Shown: positions 1 to 7,412, counted from the first letter of the stretch. The stretch is 14,235 nt of DNA from a virus (IMGVR_UViG_2660238215_000005); one strand, 5' to 3'. Notes: generated by a model from the letters alone, not told the origin. Translations and numbers: made by a program.

Positions 1-222
1 GTCCTCCTGGTGGGGTGGGCCTGAACACGGGGCGGGCGGCGCGGAAAAAAGCGCATTTTTGTGATTTTATCGTCATCATCATCATGTGTGTAACCTGTTG
101 TTTTTAATGTGGTTGATGCAAAAAAGATGATTGTGGTTAATTTTTGTTCGACATCTTTTAGCGTGACAGATTCTTTACAAAAAATCTGAGCTTGTTTTCT
201 TCACCAGCGCGATGGGGGCACA

Positions 223-504
223 ATGACAGAAGCCGAAATACTGGGATTAATCCGCCGCGTCGCCGGAATCAGCCAGCAGGTTGACGAACAGGCCACGCAG
301 CCGGACAGCATGACCGCAGATAATTATGTGCGTGTAGTGGTGGAGGTGATGCGCGGTGATGGTATCCAGCTTAATGATGTGGATATGCGCAATATACGAA
401 CCAGAGTCCTTGAGTTGCTGGCATACCGTCGCCGTTCTCAACAACGGAGGGAGAGCGCGAAAAATACTTACCAGTGGAAGACGCCGGAACGGCTGCGGAG
501 GTAA
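223..504 (+). CDS. hypothetical small protein (93 aa), function unknown; occupies the position where a lambda-type small terminase subunit (Nu1) would sit
   Basis: ATG at 223 preceded by GGGGG (214-218) as a Shine-Dalgarno-like element; TAA stop at 502-504. Basic Arg-rich C-terminus. No recognisable winged-HTH or catalytic motif. Lies in AT-rich DNA unlike the GC-rich structural genes. Confidence 0.4.
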   Translation: MTEAEILGLIRRVAGISQQVDEQATQPDSMTADNYVRVVVEVMRGDGIQLNDVDMRNIRTRVLELLAYRRRSQQRRESAKNTYQWKTPERLRR

Positions 505-539
505 CTTGTTGATATTCCCGATAACGCAAAATTGCGTTG

Positions 540-547
540 GCTGGTGG
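540..547 (+). other. Chi octamer 5'-GCTGGTGG-3' (RecBCD recombination hotspot sequence)
   Basis: Exact match to the E. coli Chi octamer, read directly; sits between two palindromes at the junction. Whether it is functional is unknown. Confidence 0.5.
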
Positions 548-549
548 GT

Positions 550-569
550 GAGTTGCAGATCTGCAACTC
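550..569. repeat. perfect 20-bp palindrome GAGTTGCAGATCTGCAACTC
   Basis: The sequence equals its own reverse complement over 20 bp; no U-tract follows, so it is not a canonical intrinsic terminator. Candidate protein-binding or recombination site. Confidence 0.9.
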
Positions 570-587
570 GATCATGAAATTACGGAA

Positions 588-668
588 ACTACCCGTAGTT
601 TGGGTAGTAAGAGCAACACCCAGATTTTGGGGCTTACTTGCGATACCCAAATAAAGGGTATCGGTGGA
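588..668. repeat. three phased ~27-bp tandem units, each with a CCC-N7-GGG dyad
   Basis: ACCC at 591, 618 and 645 and GGG at 602, 629 and 656 give an exact 27-bp period. Unit 1 is ACTACCC-N7-GGGTAGT (588-608) and unit 3 is CGATACCC-N7-GGGTATCG (641-663); unit 2 is a weaker copy. Confidence 0.6.
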
Positions 669-701
669 AGAAATATCGTTTCTCATATGTGAGTTCCGAG
701 A

Positions 702-713
702 GCGGAATTCCGC
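702..713. repeat. perfect 12-bp palindrome GCGGAATTCCGC
   Basis: Self-complementary 12-mer read directly from the sequence. Confidence 0.85.
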
Positions 714-840
714 CTCTGATTTGTCATTGTGATCATGCATAGCGGCAATAATTAATATTGCTTCCTTTTTTGCTTTTTTATCGCTTAAGCAGGTACTAAA
801 TCTGGGACTATGTTGTAGGGGGCATAACTCAATAGTACCT

Positions 841-846
841 TATAAT
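841..846 (+). promoter_or_regulatory. consensus -10 hexamer TATAAT, possible promoter element upstream of the truncated terminase
   Basis: Exact TATAAT 33 bp upstream of the ATG at 879; no good -35 element at 16-18 bp spacing, so weak support. Confidence 0.2.
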
Positions 847-878
847 CATTTAGTTACCTTTTATTTACTTCTTCTTGG

Positions 879-2000
879 ATGGAGGGGCCAGCTGCGGCGT
901 TTCAGACCTGGGAACAACTGATTTTTAAACTGCTGGCGGCAGAAGAAGAGTATGAGCGAACCGGCAGTGAAGAGACTCTGAAAGCGGTGGTGAACACCGA
1001 TATCGGACGACCCTATCTGCCCCGTTCAGCCACGGAACAGCGTAAAAGTGAACTGCTTGAACAGCGTGCCGAGCCGTTTCCCCGGCGATCTGTGCCGGAT
1101 GGTGTGCGTTTTATTGAGGCAACGGTTGACGTACAGGGCGGTAAAAATCGCCGTTTTGTTGTGCAGATCACCGGATACGGAGAGCAGGGGGAACGCTGGA
1201 TTGTTGATCGCTACAACATCCGGCATTCACTGCGCTGCAGTCCCAACGGTGAAAGTCTGCCGGTTGATCCGGCGGCATATCCGGAGGACTGGGATTTGTT
1301 GCTGACGGATGTGTTCCATAAAACATGGCCGCTGGCTTCTGATCCGGATGTGCGCATGCGTCTGATGGCCATGGCGGTGGATACGGGAGGGGAAGCCGGG
1401 GTGACAGATAACGCCTATCGTTTCTGGCGTCGTTGCCGGAGTGACGGACTGGGCAACAGGGTGTTTCTGTTCAAGGGGGATGGACTTCGCCGTGACAGGC
1501 TGATTAACCGAACCTTCCCGGATAATACCGGCAGAAGTGCCCGCCGTGCCAGAGCCAGTGGCGATGTCGCGCTGTGGCTGGTTCAGACGGATGCGTTTAA
1601 GGATCGTGTAAATAATGCCCTGTGGCGTGACACACCAGGGCCGAACTATATCCACTTTCCCGACTGGCTGGGGCGGTGGTTTTACGATGAGCTGACCTAT
1701 GAAGAGCGCGGCAGTGACGGAAAATGGCGAAAACCGGGCAGGGGCGCTAACGAAGCGTTTGACCTGCTGGTTTATGCAGATGCGCTTGCCGTTCTGCATG
1801 GTTACGAAAAGATCCGCTGGCCCTCCGCACCGGACTGGGCACAGCGGGAAACGTGGCTCGTCTTCCCGCAGGAGCGTTCTGGTGAAACGGTATCCCCGGA
1901 ACTGACGGCCGGGGCAGAAAAACGCCGTCGCCGGAAGAAAAAACTGCGGACGGAGCGTGCGGAAGATAATCCATGGATAACATCAGGAGGCTGGTTGTGA
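879..2000 (+). CDS. terminase large subunit (lambda gpA-like), C-terminal nuclease half only; probable 5'-truncated remnant or pseudogene
   Basis: The 373-aa product aligns, from memory, with roughly residues 330-640 of lambda gpA (for example FQTWEQLIF against TTWVQIVKD, RWIVDRYNI against SWLIDRQII, NEAFDLLVYADALAVL against NEALDCFVYALAAL). Similarity begins at the ATG; the N-terminal ATPase half (about 330 aa) is absent and the upstream DNA is AT-rich and unrelated. Poor Shine-Dalgarno sequence. Confidence 0.75.
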   Translation: MEGPAAAFQTWEQLIFKLLAAEEEYERTGSEETLKAVVNTDIGRPYLPRSATEQRKSELLEQRAEPFPRRSVPDGVRFIEATVDVQGGKNRRFVVQITGYGEQGERWIVDRYNIRHSLRCSPNGESLPVDPAAYPEDWDLLLTDVFHKTWPLASDPDVRMRLMAMAVDTGGEAGVTDNAYRFWRRCRSDGLGNRVFLFKGDGLRRDRLINRTFPDNTGRSARRARASGDVALWLVQTDAFKDRVNNALWRDTPGPNYIHFPDWLGRWFYDELTYEERGSDGKWRKPGRGANEAFDLLVYADALAVLHGYEKIRWPSAPDWAQRETWLVFPQERSGETVSPELTAGAEKRRRRKKKLRTERAEDNPWITSGGWL

Positions 2001-2209
2001 GCACAGAAGAAGCCAGAGAAATGATACAGCGGTACCGTGAAGCGGAAATGGCCGTACTGGAGGGAAAGTCTGTCACCTTCAACGGGCAGCAACTGACGCT
2101 GGAAAGCCTTTCTCAGATCCGCGCCGGACGTCAGGAGTGGGAACGCAGGCTTGCCGCGATGGTGAGCCGCAGGCGGGGAAAACCGGGATTTAAACTGGCG
2201 AGGTTTTAA
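1997..2209 (+). CDS. head-tail joining protein (lambda gpW-like), about 70 aa
   Basis: GTG at 1997 with AGGAGG (1985-1990) at 6-nt spacing, overlapping the terminase stop (GTGA). Size and C-terminal RRRGKPGF match lambda W (RRRGPAGF). An alternative ATG at 1973 would give 78 aa. Confidence 0.7.
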   Translation: MSTEEAREMIQRYREAEMAVLEGKSVTFNGQQLTLESLSQIRAGRQEWERRLAAMVSRRRGKPGFKLARF

Positions 2210-3711
2210 TGGCAATTATTGATGATGTGATCGGCGTGTTTTCCCCTAGGTGGAAAGCAGCCAGACTGCGTTCAAGGGCGTTAATCATGGCCTATGAGGC
2301 GGTGAAACCGACCCGGACACATAAAGCCCGGCGGGAAAATCGCTCTGCTGATCAGCTCAGTAAATACGGTGCGGTTTCCCTGCGGGAGCAGGCCCGTTTT
2401 CTGGATATCAATCATGACCTGGTGATTGGTGTGTTTGACAAGCTGGAAGAGCGGGTGATTGGTGCCAGGGGAATTATTGTGGAGCCTCAGCCATTACGAA
2501 AAAACGGGGAAATGGCGGCTGAGCTGGCTGCGGATATCCGCCGTTTGTGGGCTGAATGGTCCGTGAGTCCGGATGTGACAGGGCAGTATACCCGTCCTGT
2601 GCTTGAACGTTTACTGCTGCGGACCTGGCTGCGGGATGGTGAAGTGTTTGCGCAGATGGTCAGTGGTGCGGGAAACGGTCTGGAACGGACGGCGGGAGTG
2701 CCATTCTGGCTTGAGGCGATGGAGCCGGATTTTGTTCCCATGCGCACTGATGAATCCGCCGGACTGAATCAGGGGGTTTTTCTTGATGAGTGGGGAAGAC
2801 CGAAAAAATATCTGGTTTATAAAAATTATCCGGTCAGCGGCCGGCAGAGTGATACGAAAGAAATCGCTGCCGGAAAAATGATCCACCTGAAGTTCACTCG
2901 TCGTCTGCACCAGACGCGAGGCTCATCCATGTTATCGGGGGTGCTGATGCGGATCAGTGCCCTTAAGGAGTATGAGGATGCGGAACTGACAGCGGCGCGT
3001 ATTGCTGCGGCGCTGGGACTGTATATCCGTAAAGGTGACGGACAGGACTATGAAGATCCGGGGAGCAAAGAGACCGAGCGGGAAGTCCATATCACCCCGG
3101 GTATTATTTATGACGATTTGCGCAAGGGCGAGGATATCGGCATGGTCAAATCTGACCGTCCCAATCCCAACCTTGAAACTTTCCGCAACGGCCAGTTGCG
3201 TGCAGTGGCAGCAGGCAGTCGTCTGAGTTTTTCCAGTGCGGCGCGTAACTATAACGGCACCTACAGCGCCCAGCGGCAGGAGCTGGTCGAGTCCACGGAT
3301 GGTTACCTGATCCTGCAGGACTGTTTTATTGGCGCGGTAACCCGCCCGGTGTACCGGACATGGCTGAATATGGTGGTTGCGGCAGGTCTGCTGAAAATTC
3401 CGGCGGATGTGGAGATGAAAACGCTATATAACGCGACGTATTCCGGTCCGGTGATGCCGTGGATCGACCCGGTTAAGGAAGCTGAAGCCTGGAGAATTCA
3501 GATCCGGGGTGGTGCAGCGACAGAATCTGACTGGGTGCGTGCCGGTGGGCGCAATCCGGATGAGGTCAAACGTCGCCGCAAGGCTGAAATTGATGAAAAC
3601 AGCAGACTGGGGCTGGTCTTTGATACTGACCCCGTCAACGACAAAGGAGGCAACAGTGCCGGAACTGAACGACAGTATCAGCGCGACACCGAAAGCCAGC
3701 ATGAAGAATAA
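2209..3711 (+). CDS. portal protein (lambda gpB-position, 500 aa)
   Basis: 500-aa ORF immediately after W with a TAATG stop/start overlap, in the syntenic portal position of a lambda-type head module. Confidence 0.8.
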   Translation: MAIIDDVIGVFSPRWKAARLRSRALIMAYEAVKPTRTHKARRENRSADQLSKYGAVSLREQARFLDINHDLVIGVFDKLEERVIGARGIIVEPQPLRKNGEMAAELAADIRRLWAEWSVSPDVTGQYTRPVLERLLLRTWLRDGEVFAQMVSGAGNGLERTAGVPFWLEAMEPDFVPMRTDESAGLNQGVFLDEWGRPKKYLVYKNYPVSGRQSDTKEIAAGKMIHLKFTRRLHQTRGSSMLSGVLMRISALKEYEDAELTAARIAAALGLYIRKGDGQDYEDPGSKETEREVHITPGIIYDDLRKGEDIGMVKSDRPNPNLETFRNGQLRAVAAGSRLSFSSAARNYNGTYSAQRQELVESTDGYLILQDCFIGAVTRPVYRTWLNMVVAAGLLKIPADVEMKTLYNATYSGPVMPWIDPVKEAEAWRIQIRGGAATESDWVRAGGRNPDEVKRRRKAEIDENSRLGLVFDTDPVNDKGGNSAGTERQYQRDTESQHEE

Positions 3712-5680
3712 ATCCTGGTTCAGGATGCAGGCTGGGGGGCCGGGTGACGCGGATATTTATATTTATGACGAGATTGGTTTCTGGGGAGTTACCGCGAAGC
3801 AGTTTGTCAGCGAACTGAATGCACTGGGTGATATCACCCACATTAATCTCCATATCAATTCACCGGGTGGCGATGTCTTTGAAGGCATCGCCATTTTTAA
3901 TGCCCTGAAAAATCAGGGGGCGACCATTACCGTGTATGTGGATGGCGTTGCCGCCTCGATGGCATCTGTGATTGCGATGGCCGGTGATACGGTCATTATG
4001 CCGGAAAATGCCTTCATGATGATCCATAAGCCATGGGGATTCAGTGGCGGGGATGCTGAGGATATGCGCAGTTATGCCGATTTGCTGGATAAAGTCGAAT
4101 CGGTACTGTTGCCAGCCTATGCGCAGAGAACCGGAAAAACCACCGATGAAATTGCCGCCATGCTGGCGGATGAAACCTGGATGTCCGGTGCCGAATGTCT
4201 GGCACACGGATTTGCTGACCAGGTGACACCCGCTGTTGAGGCAATGGCATGTATTCAGTCAAAACGTACAGAGGAATTTAAAAAGATGCCGGAATCCATC
4301 CGAAACATGATTACTCCGCCACGCAACAGTGCCCCGCGTGATACCACAGTGACAATCCCTGCACCGGCGGTAACAGAACCATCACCGGTACCGGCAGTGT
4401 CTGATGAGGCGACCATTCGCGCCCGCGTTATGGCAGAACAGAAAGCCCGCATGTCAGGCATTAACGATCTGTTTGCCATGTTCGGCGGTCGCTATCAGAC
4501 GCTTCAGGCACAGTGCGTGGCTGATCCTGACTGTTCGCTGGAAATGGCCCGTGAACGACTGCTGAATGAAATGGGCAAGGAGTCCTCGCCGACCAACAAA
4601 AATACACCGGCCCATATTTATGCCGGAAACGGCAATTTTGTGGGGGACGGGATCCGCCAGGCGATGCTGGCCCGTGCCGGATTTGAAAATGTCGAGAAGG
4701 ATAACGCCTATAACGGGATGACCCTGCGTGAATGGGCTCGCATGTCACTGACGGAGCGCGGTATTGGGGTGGCCAGTTATAACCCCATGCAGATGGTCGG
4801 GCTGGCGCTGACGCACAGCACCTCTGATTTTGGCAATATTCTGCTGGATGTGTCGAACAAGGGGCTGATCCAGGGCTGGGAGGAATCAGAAGAAACCTTC
4901 CAGAAGTGGACCCGTAAGGGACGCCTGTCAGACTTCAAAACAGCGTATCGCGTGGGGATGGGCGGTTTTGGTTCTCTGCGCCAGGTTCGTGAGGGGGCGG
5001 AGTATAAATACATCACCACCTCAGATCGCAAGGAGACCATTGCACTGGCCACTTACGGGGAGATTTTCTCCATCACCCGCCAGGCCATTATCAATGATGA
5101 TCTGAATATGCTGGTGGACGTGCCGATGAAGATGGGGCGTGCGGCGAAGGCAACGATTGGTGACCTGGTCTACAAGGTGCTGACGGATAACCCGAAACTG
5201 TCCGACGGTAAGGCGCTGTTCCATGCCGATCACAAAAATATTGCCACCGGGGGGATCTCCGTTTCCGGACTGGATGCGGCCCGTCAGATGATGCGCCTGC
5301 AGAAAGAAGGCGATCGTGCCCTGAATATCCGTCCGGCCTTTATGCTGGTACCGGTGGCACTGGAGACGGTGGCGAACCAGACCATCAAATCGGCCAGTGT
5401 GAAAGGGGCGGATGCAAACGCCGGTGTCATTAACCCTATCCAGAACTTTGCTGAGGTGATTGCAGAAGCGCGTCTTGATGCGGCAGACCCGAAAACCTGG
5501 TATCTGGCGGCGGCACAGGGCACTGACACCATTGAAGTGGCCTGGCTGGATGGTGTGGACACGCCATACATTGATCAGCAGGAAGGTTTCACCACTGACG
5601 GCATTGCCACAAAAATCCGTATTGATGCCGGAGTGGCACCACTTGACTGGCGCGGGCTGGTGCGTTCGTCGGTGGCCTGA
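3656..5680 (+). CDS. prohead protease (ClpP/S49-like) - scaffold-like linker - major capsid protein fusion
   Basis: Likely GTG start at 3656 with AAAGGAGG at 5-nt spacing (alternative ATG at 3701; the six-frame ORF opens at 3509). The N-terminal domain carries ClpP-type motifs INSPGG, AASMAS (catalytic Ser) and MMIHKPW (catalytic His). It is followed by a Pro/Ala-rich linker and a roughly 300-aa C-terminal domain that is the only candidate major capsid protein in the module. Confidence 0.8.
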   Translation: MPELNDSISATPKASMKNKSWFRMQAGGPGDADIYIYDEIGFWGVTAKQFVSELNALGDITHINLHINSPGGDVFEGIAIFNALKNQGATITVYVDGVAASMASVIAMAGDTVIMPENAFMMIHKPWGFSGGDAEDMRSYADLLDKVESVLLPAYAQRTGKTTDEIAAMLADETWMSGAECLAHGFADQVTPAVEAMACIQSKRTEEFKKMPESIRNMITPPRNSAPRDTTVTIPAPAVTEPSPVPAVSDEATIRARVMAEQKARMSGINDLFAMFGGRYQTLQAQCVADPDCSLEMARERLLNEMGKESSPTNKNTPAHIYAGNGNFVGDGIRQAMLARAGFENVEKDNAYNGMTLREWARMSLTERGIGVASYNPMQMVGLALTHSTSDFGNILLDVSNKGLIQGWEESEETFQKWTRKGRLSDFKTAYRVGMGGFGSLRQVREGAEYKYITTSDRKETIALATYGEIFSITRQAIINDDLNMLVDVPMKMGRAAKATIGDLVYKVLTDNPKLSDGKALFHADHKNIATGGISVSGLDAARQMMRLQKEGDRALNIRPAFMLVPVALETVANQTIKSASVKGADANAGVINPIQNFAEVIAEARLDAADPKTWYLAAAQGTDTIEVAWLDGVDTPYIDQQEGFTTDGIATKIRIDAGVAPLDWRGLVRSSVA

Positions 5681-5702
5681 TAACCGCGTTATCACAATCA
5701 CT

Positions 5703-5721
5703 GCCCGAAAGGGCTTTTTTT
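5703..5721 (+). terminator. weak intrinsic terminator or attenuator after the capsid gene (GCCC-GAAA-GGGC plus T7)
   Basis: 4-bp GC stem with a GNRA loop followed by TTTTTTT, 23 bp after the capsid stop; the short stem suggests partial termination. Confidence 0.4.
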
Positions 5722-5733
5722 ATGCCTGAAAAA

Positions 5734-5750
5734 CAGCCCCACAGGGGCTG
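5734..5750 (+). other. stable hairpin (CAGCCCC-ACA-GGGGCTG) just upstream of the next gene's ribosome-binding site
   Basis: 7-bp GC-rich stem with a 3-nt loop, no U-tract; GGAG at 5754-5757 and ATG at 5768 follow. Confidence 0.4.
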
Positions 5751-5767
5751 TCCGGAGAAACAGCATT

Positions 5768-6094
5768 ATGGCGAAAAATTTTGTACAGGACGGTACCACC
5801 ATTGAACTGGTGAATGCCGGAGATCAGACCATCCTGAGCGGTGCTGCGGTGGTGGTCGGCAGTATGGTGGCCGTGGCCATTACCGATATTCCTGCCGGTG
5901 AGGCCGGTGACGGTTTTGCCGAAGGCGTGTTCCTGCTGCCCAAACAGTCTGCTGACGACATTCAGTCCGGCGCGGTGGTTTATCTGAAGGACGGGGTTGT
6001 GCAGCTGGCTGCAGACGGTGCGGTGGCAGCGGGGGTAGCCTGGGAAAATGCCCCTGCAAACAGCGCCACTGTGGCGGTAAAAATCAATGTCTGA
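5768..6094 (+). CDS. small head-associated protein (DUF2190-like; head decoration/cement candidate), 108 aa
   Basis: Gly/Ala/Val-rich 108-aa ORF directly downstream of the capsid gene with GGAG at 10-nt spacing; sits in the lambda gpD position but is not gpD-like in sequence. Confidence 0.55.
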   Translation: MAKNFVQDGTTIELVNAGDQTILSGAAVVVGSMVAVAITDIPAGEAGDGFAEGVFLLPKQSADDIQSGAVVYLKDGVVQLAADGAVAAGVAWENAPANSATVAVKINV

Positions 6095-6368
6095 TCTGTT
6101 TACGCGAATGTGTTGCCGGATGGACGTGGCGACCGTTCGGGTGATGGGCAAACAGGCGGAGATTAACGGCGTCGTGTACGACGTGATGCCGGAGGAAGAG
6201 TCCGCGGAGATGGGGGCGCTTTCGGGCAGCCAGTTGTCACTGGTGGTGTTTTCAGCCCGGTACCGTCCGGCCCGTCATGATGTTGTTGTGTTTGCGGGGC
6301 GCACACTGACGGTGACCCGTTATGACACGTACAACGGTAAACCCCGGATTTTTGTCGAACAGGAATGA
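6087..6368 (+). CDS. head-tail connector or head completion protein (FII-like candidate), 93 aa
   Basis: ORF overlapping the previous stop and lying between the head genes and the Z-like gene; assignment by synteny only. Confidence 0.45.
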   Translation: MSDLFTRMCCRMDVATVRVMGKQAEINGVVYDVMPEEESAEMGALSGSQLSLVVFSARYRPARHDVVVFAGRTLTVTRYDTYNGKPRIFVEQE

Positions 6369-6370
6369 GT

Positions 6371-6994
6371 ATGGCAATAAAAGGTCTGGCGCAGGCCATG
6401 AAAAATCTGGATGCAATTGATCGCCGTGCCGTTCCCCGGGCCTCTGCCACGACACTGAACCGCGTGGCGGGGGCCATTATTGCGAAAACGGCCTCTTCAG
6501 TTGCCAGGGAGCTGGCCGTTCCCCGTCGTTTTATCCGTGCCCGCATCCGGTTAAGTCCGGCACGACCGGATAAGGTTTACGCAAAGGTTTACATCAATAC
6601 CGGCAACCTGCCCGCCATCAAACTGGGGGAGGCCCGCGTTCGACTTTCCCGCAGAAAACGGAGAAAGAAAGGACAGCGTGCGGCCCTGAAAGGGGGCGGC
6701 AGTGTGCTGATTGTGGGGAAAAGACGGATCCCGGACGCCTTTATCACCCGGCTGGCTAACGGACGCTGGCATGTGATGCAGCGTATGCCGTGGGCATCAT
6801 CATCCACCGGCGCGGACAGCAAAGGGAGGCCGAAACGCCACCGTCTGCCGATCGAAGTGGTGAAGATTACGACTGCCGGACCGCTGGCAGAAACCTTTGA
6901 ACGTGAACGGGACCGGATGTACCGGGAAAAATTACCGGCGCAGATGATGAAAGCCATGACGCATCAGTTACGCCTGGTGCTGAAAAGAAAATGA
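6371..6994 (+). CDS. tail completion protein (lambda gpZ-like)
   Basis: ATG at 6371 with AGGA at 6-nt spacing (alternative ATG at 6365); N-terminus MAIKGL and the basic RRKRRKKGQR stretch resemble the minor tail protein Z family as I recall it; syntenic position before U. Confidence 0.65.
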   Translation: MAIKGLAQAMKNLDAIDRRAVPRASATTLNRVAGAIIAKTASSVARELAVPRRFIRARIRLSPARPDKVYAKVYINTGNLPAIKLGEARVRLSRRKRRKKGQRAALKGGGSVLIVGKRRIPDAFITRLANGRWHVMQRMPWASSSTGADSKGRPKRHRLPIEVVKITTAGPLAETFERERDRMYREKLPAQMMKAMTHQLRLVLKRK

Positions 6995-7006
6995 CTGGGA
7001 GGGTGT

Positions 7007-7405
7007 ATGAAACACCGTGAAATACGGGCGGCAGTTCTGTCTGCCCTGAAAGAAAATATTTCTGAGAGGGTGAGCTGGTTTGACGGTCGCCCGGTTTTTA
7101 TTGATGAACAGGAACTGCCTGCTGTTGCTGTTTACCTGACAGATGCGTCTGCTGCTGACGAGTTCGTTGATGAGGGAACCTGGGAGGCGACACTGCATAT
7201 TGAGGTTTTTCTCAGGGCAAAAGAACCGGACTCGGCACTGGATATGTGGATGGAAGAAAAAATTCTTCCTGCGCTGGAGGCAGTTCCCGGGCTCAGTGCA
7301 TTACTGCTGAAGATGAATCTTCAGGGGTATGACTACCGCCGGGATGATGAGTTTATGATGTGGGGATCGGCAGATCTCCTGTGGAAAATTACCTACGAGA
7401 TGTGA
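7007..7405 (+). CDS. tail terminator protein (lambda gpU-like)
   Basis: 132 aa with strong similarity to lambda U throughout (MKH.E.RAAVL...FDGRP...LPAVAVYLT...LHIEVFL...GYDYRRDD...ITYEM); GGGAGGG ribosome-binding site. Confidence 0.9.
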   Translation: MKHREIRAAVLSALKENISERVSWFDGRPVFIDEQELPAVAVYLTDASAADEFVDEGTWEATLHIEVFLRAKEPDSALDMWMEEKILPALEAVPGLSALLLKMNLQGYDYRRDDEFMMWGSADLLWKITYEM

Positions 7406-7412
7406 GGACGAT

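Noticed and set aside
223-504. Assignment of the 93-aa ORF as a lambda Nu1-type small terminase subunit
   Set aside because: Only a short patch (LIRRVAGI against LSRIAGEI) resembles Nu1, and the N-terminal winged-HTH is absent; insufficient to call it. Retained only as a hypothesis in the findings.
468-740. 90-aa minus-strand ORF across the palindrome-rich junction
   Set aside because: It reads straight through several perfect palindromes and the tandem repeats, has an implausible composition, and overlaps the 3' end of the 93-aa + ORF; more likely non-coding.
1973-1996. ATG 1973 as the start of the W-like gene
   Set aside because: Not excluded, but GTG 1997 has the stronger AGGAGG ribosome-binding site and gives a 70-aa product matching lambda W (68 aa). 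Kept as an alternative.
3509-3655. Upstream extension of the protease-capsid ORF (ATG at 3509)
   Set aside because: It is entirely within the portal gene; a strong AAAGGAGG ribosome-binding site precedes GTG 3656 and the ClpP-like homology begins after it.
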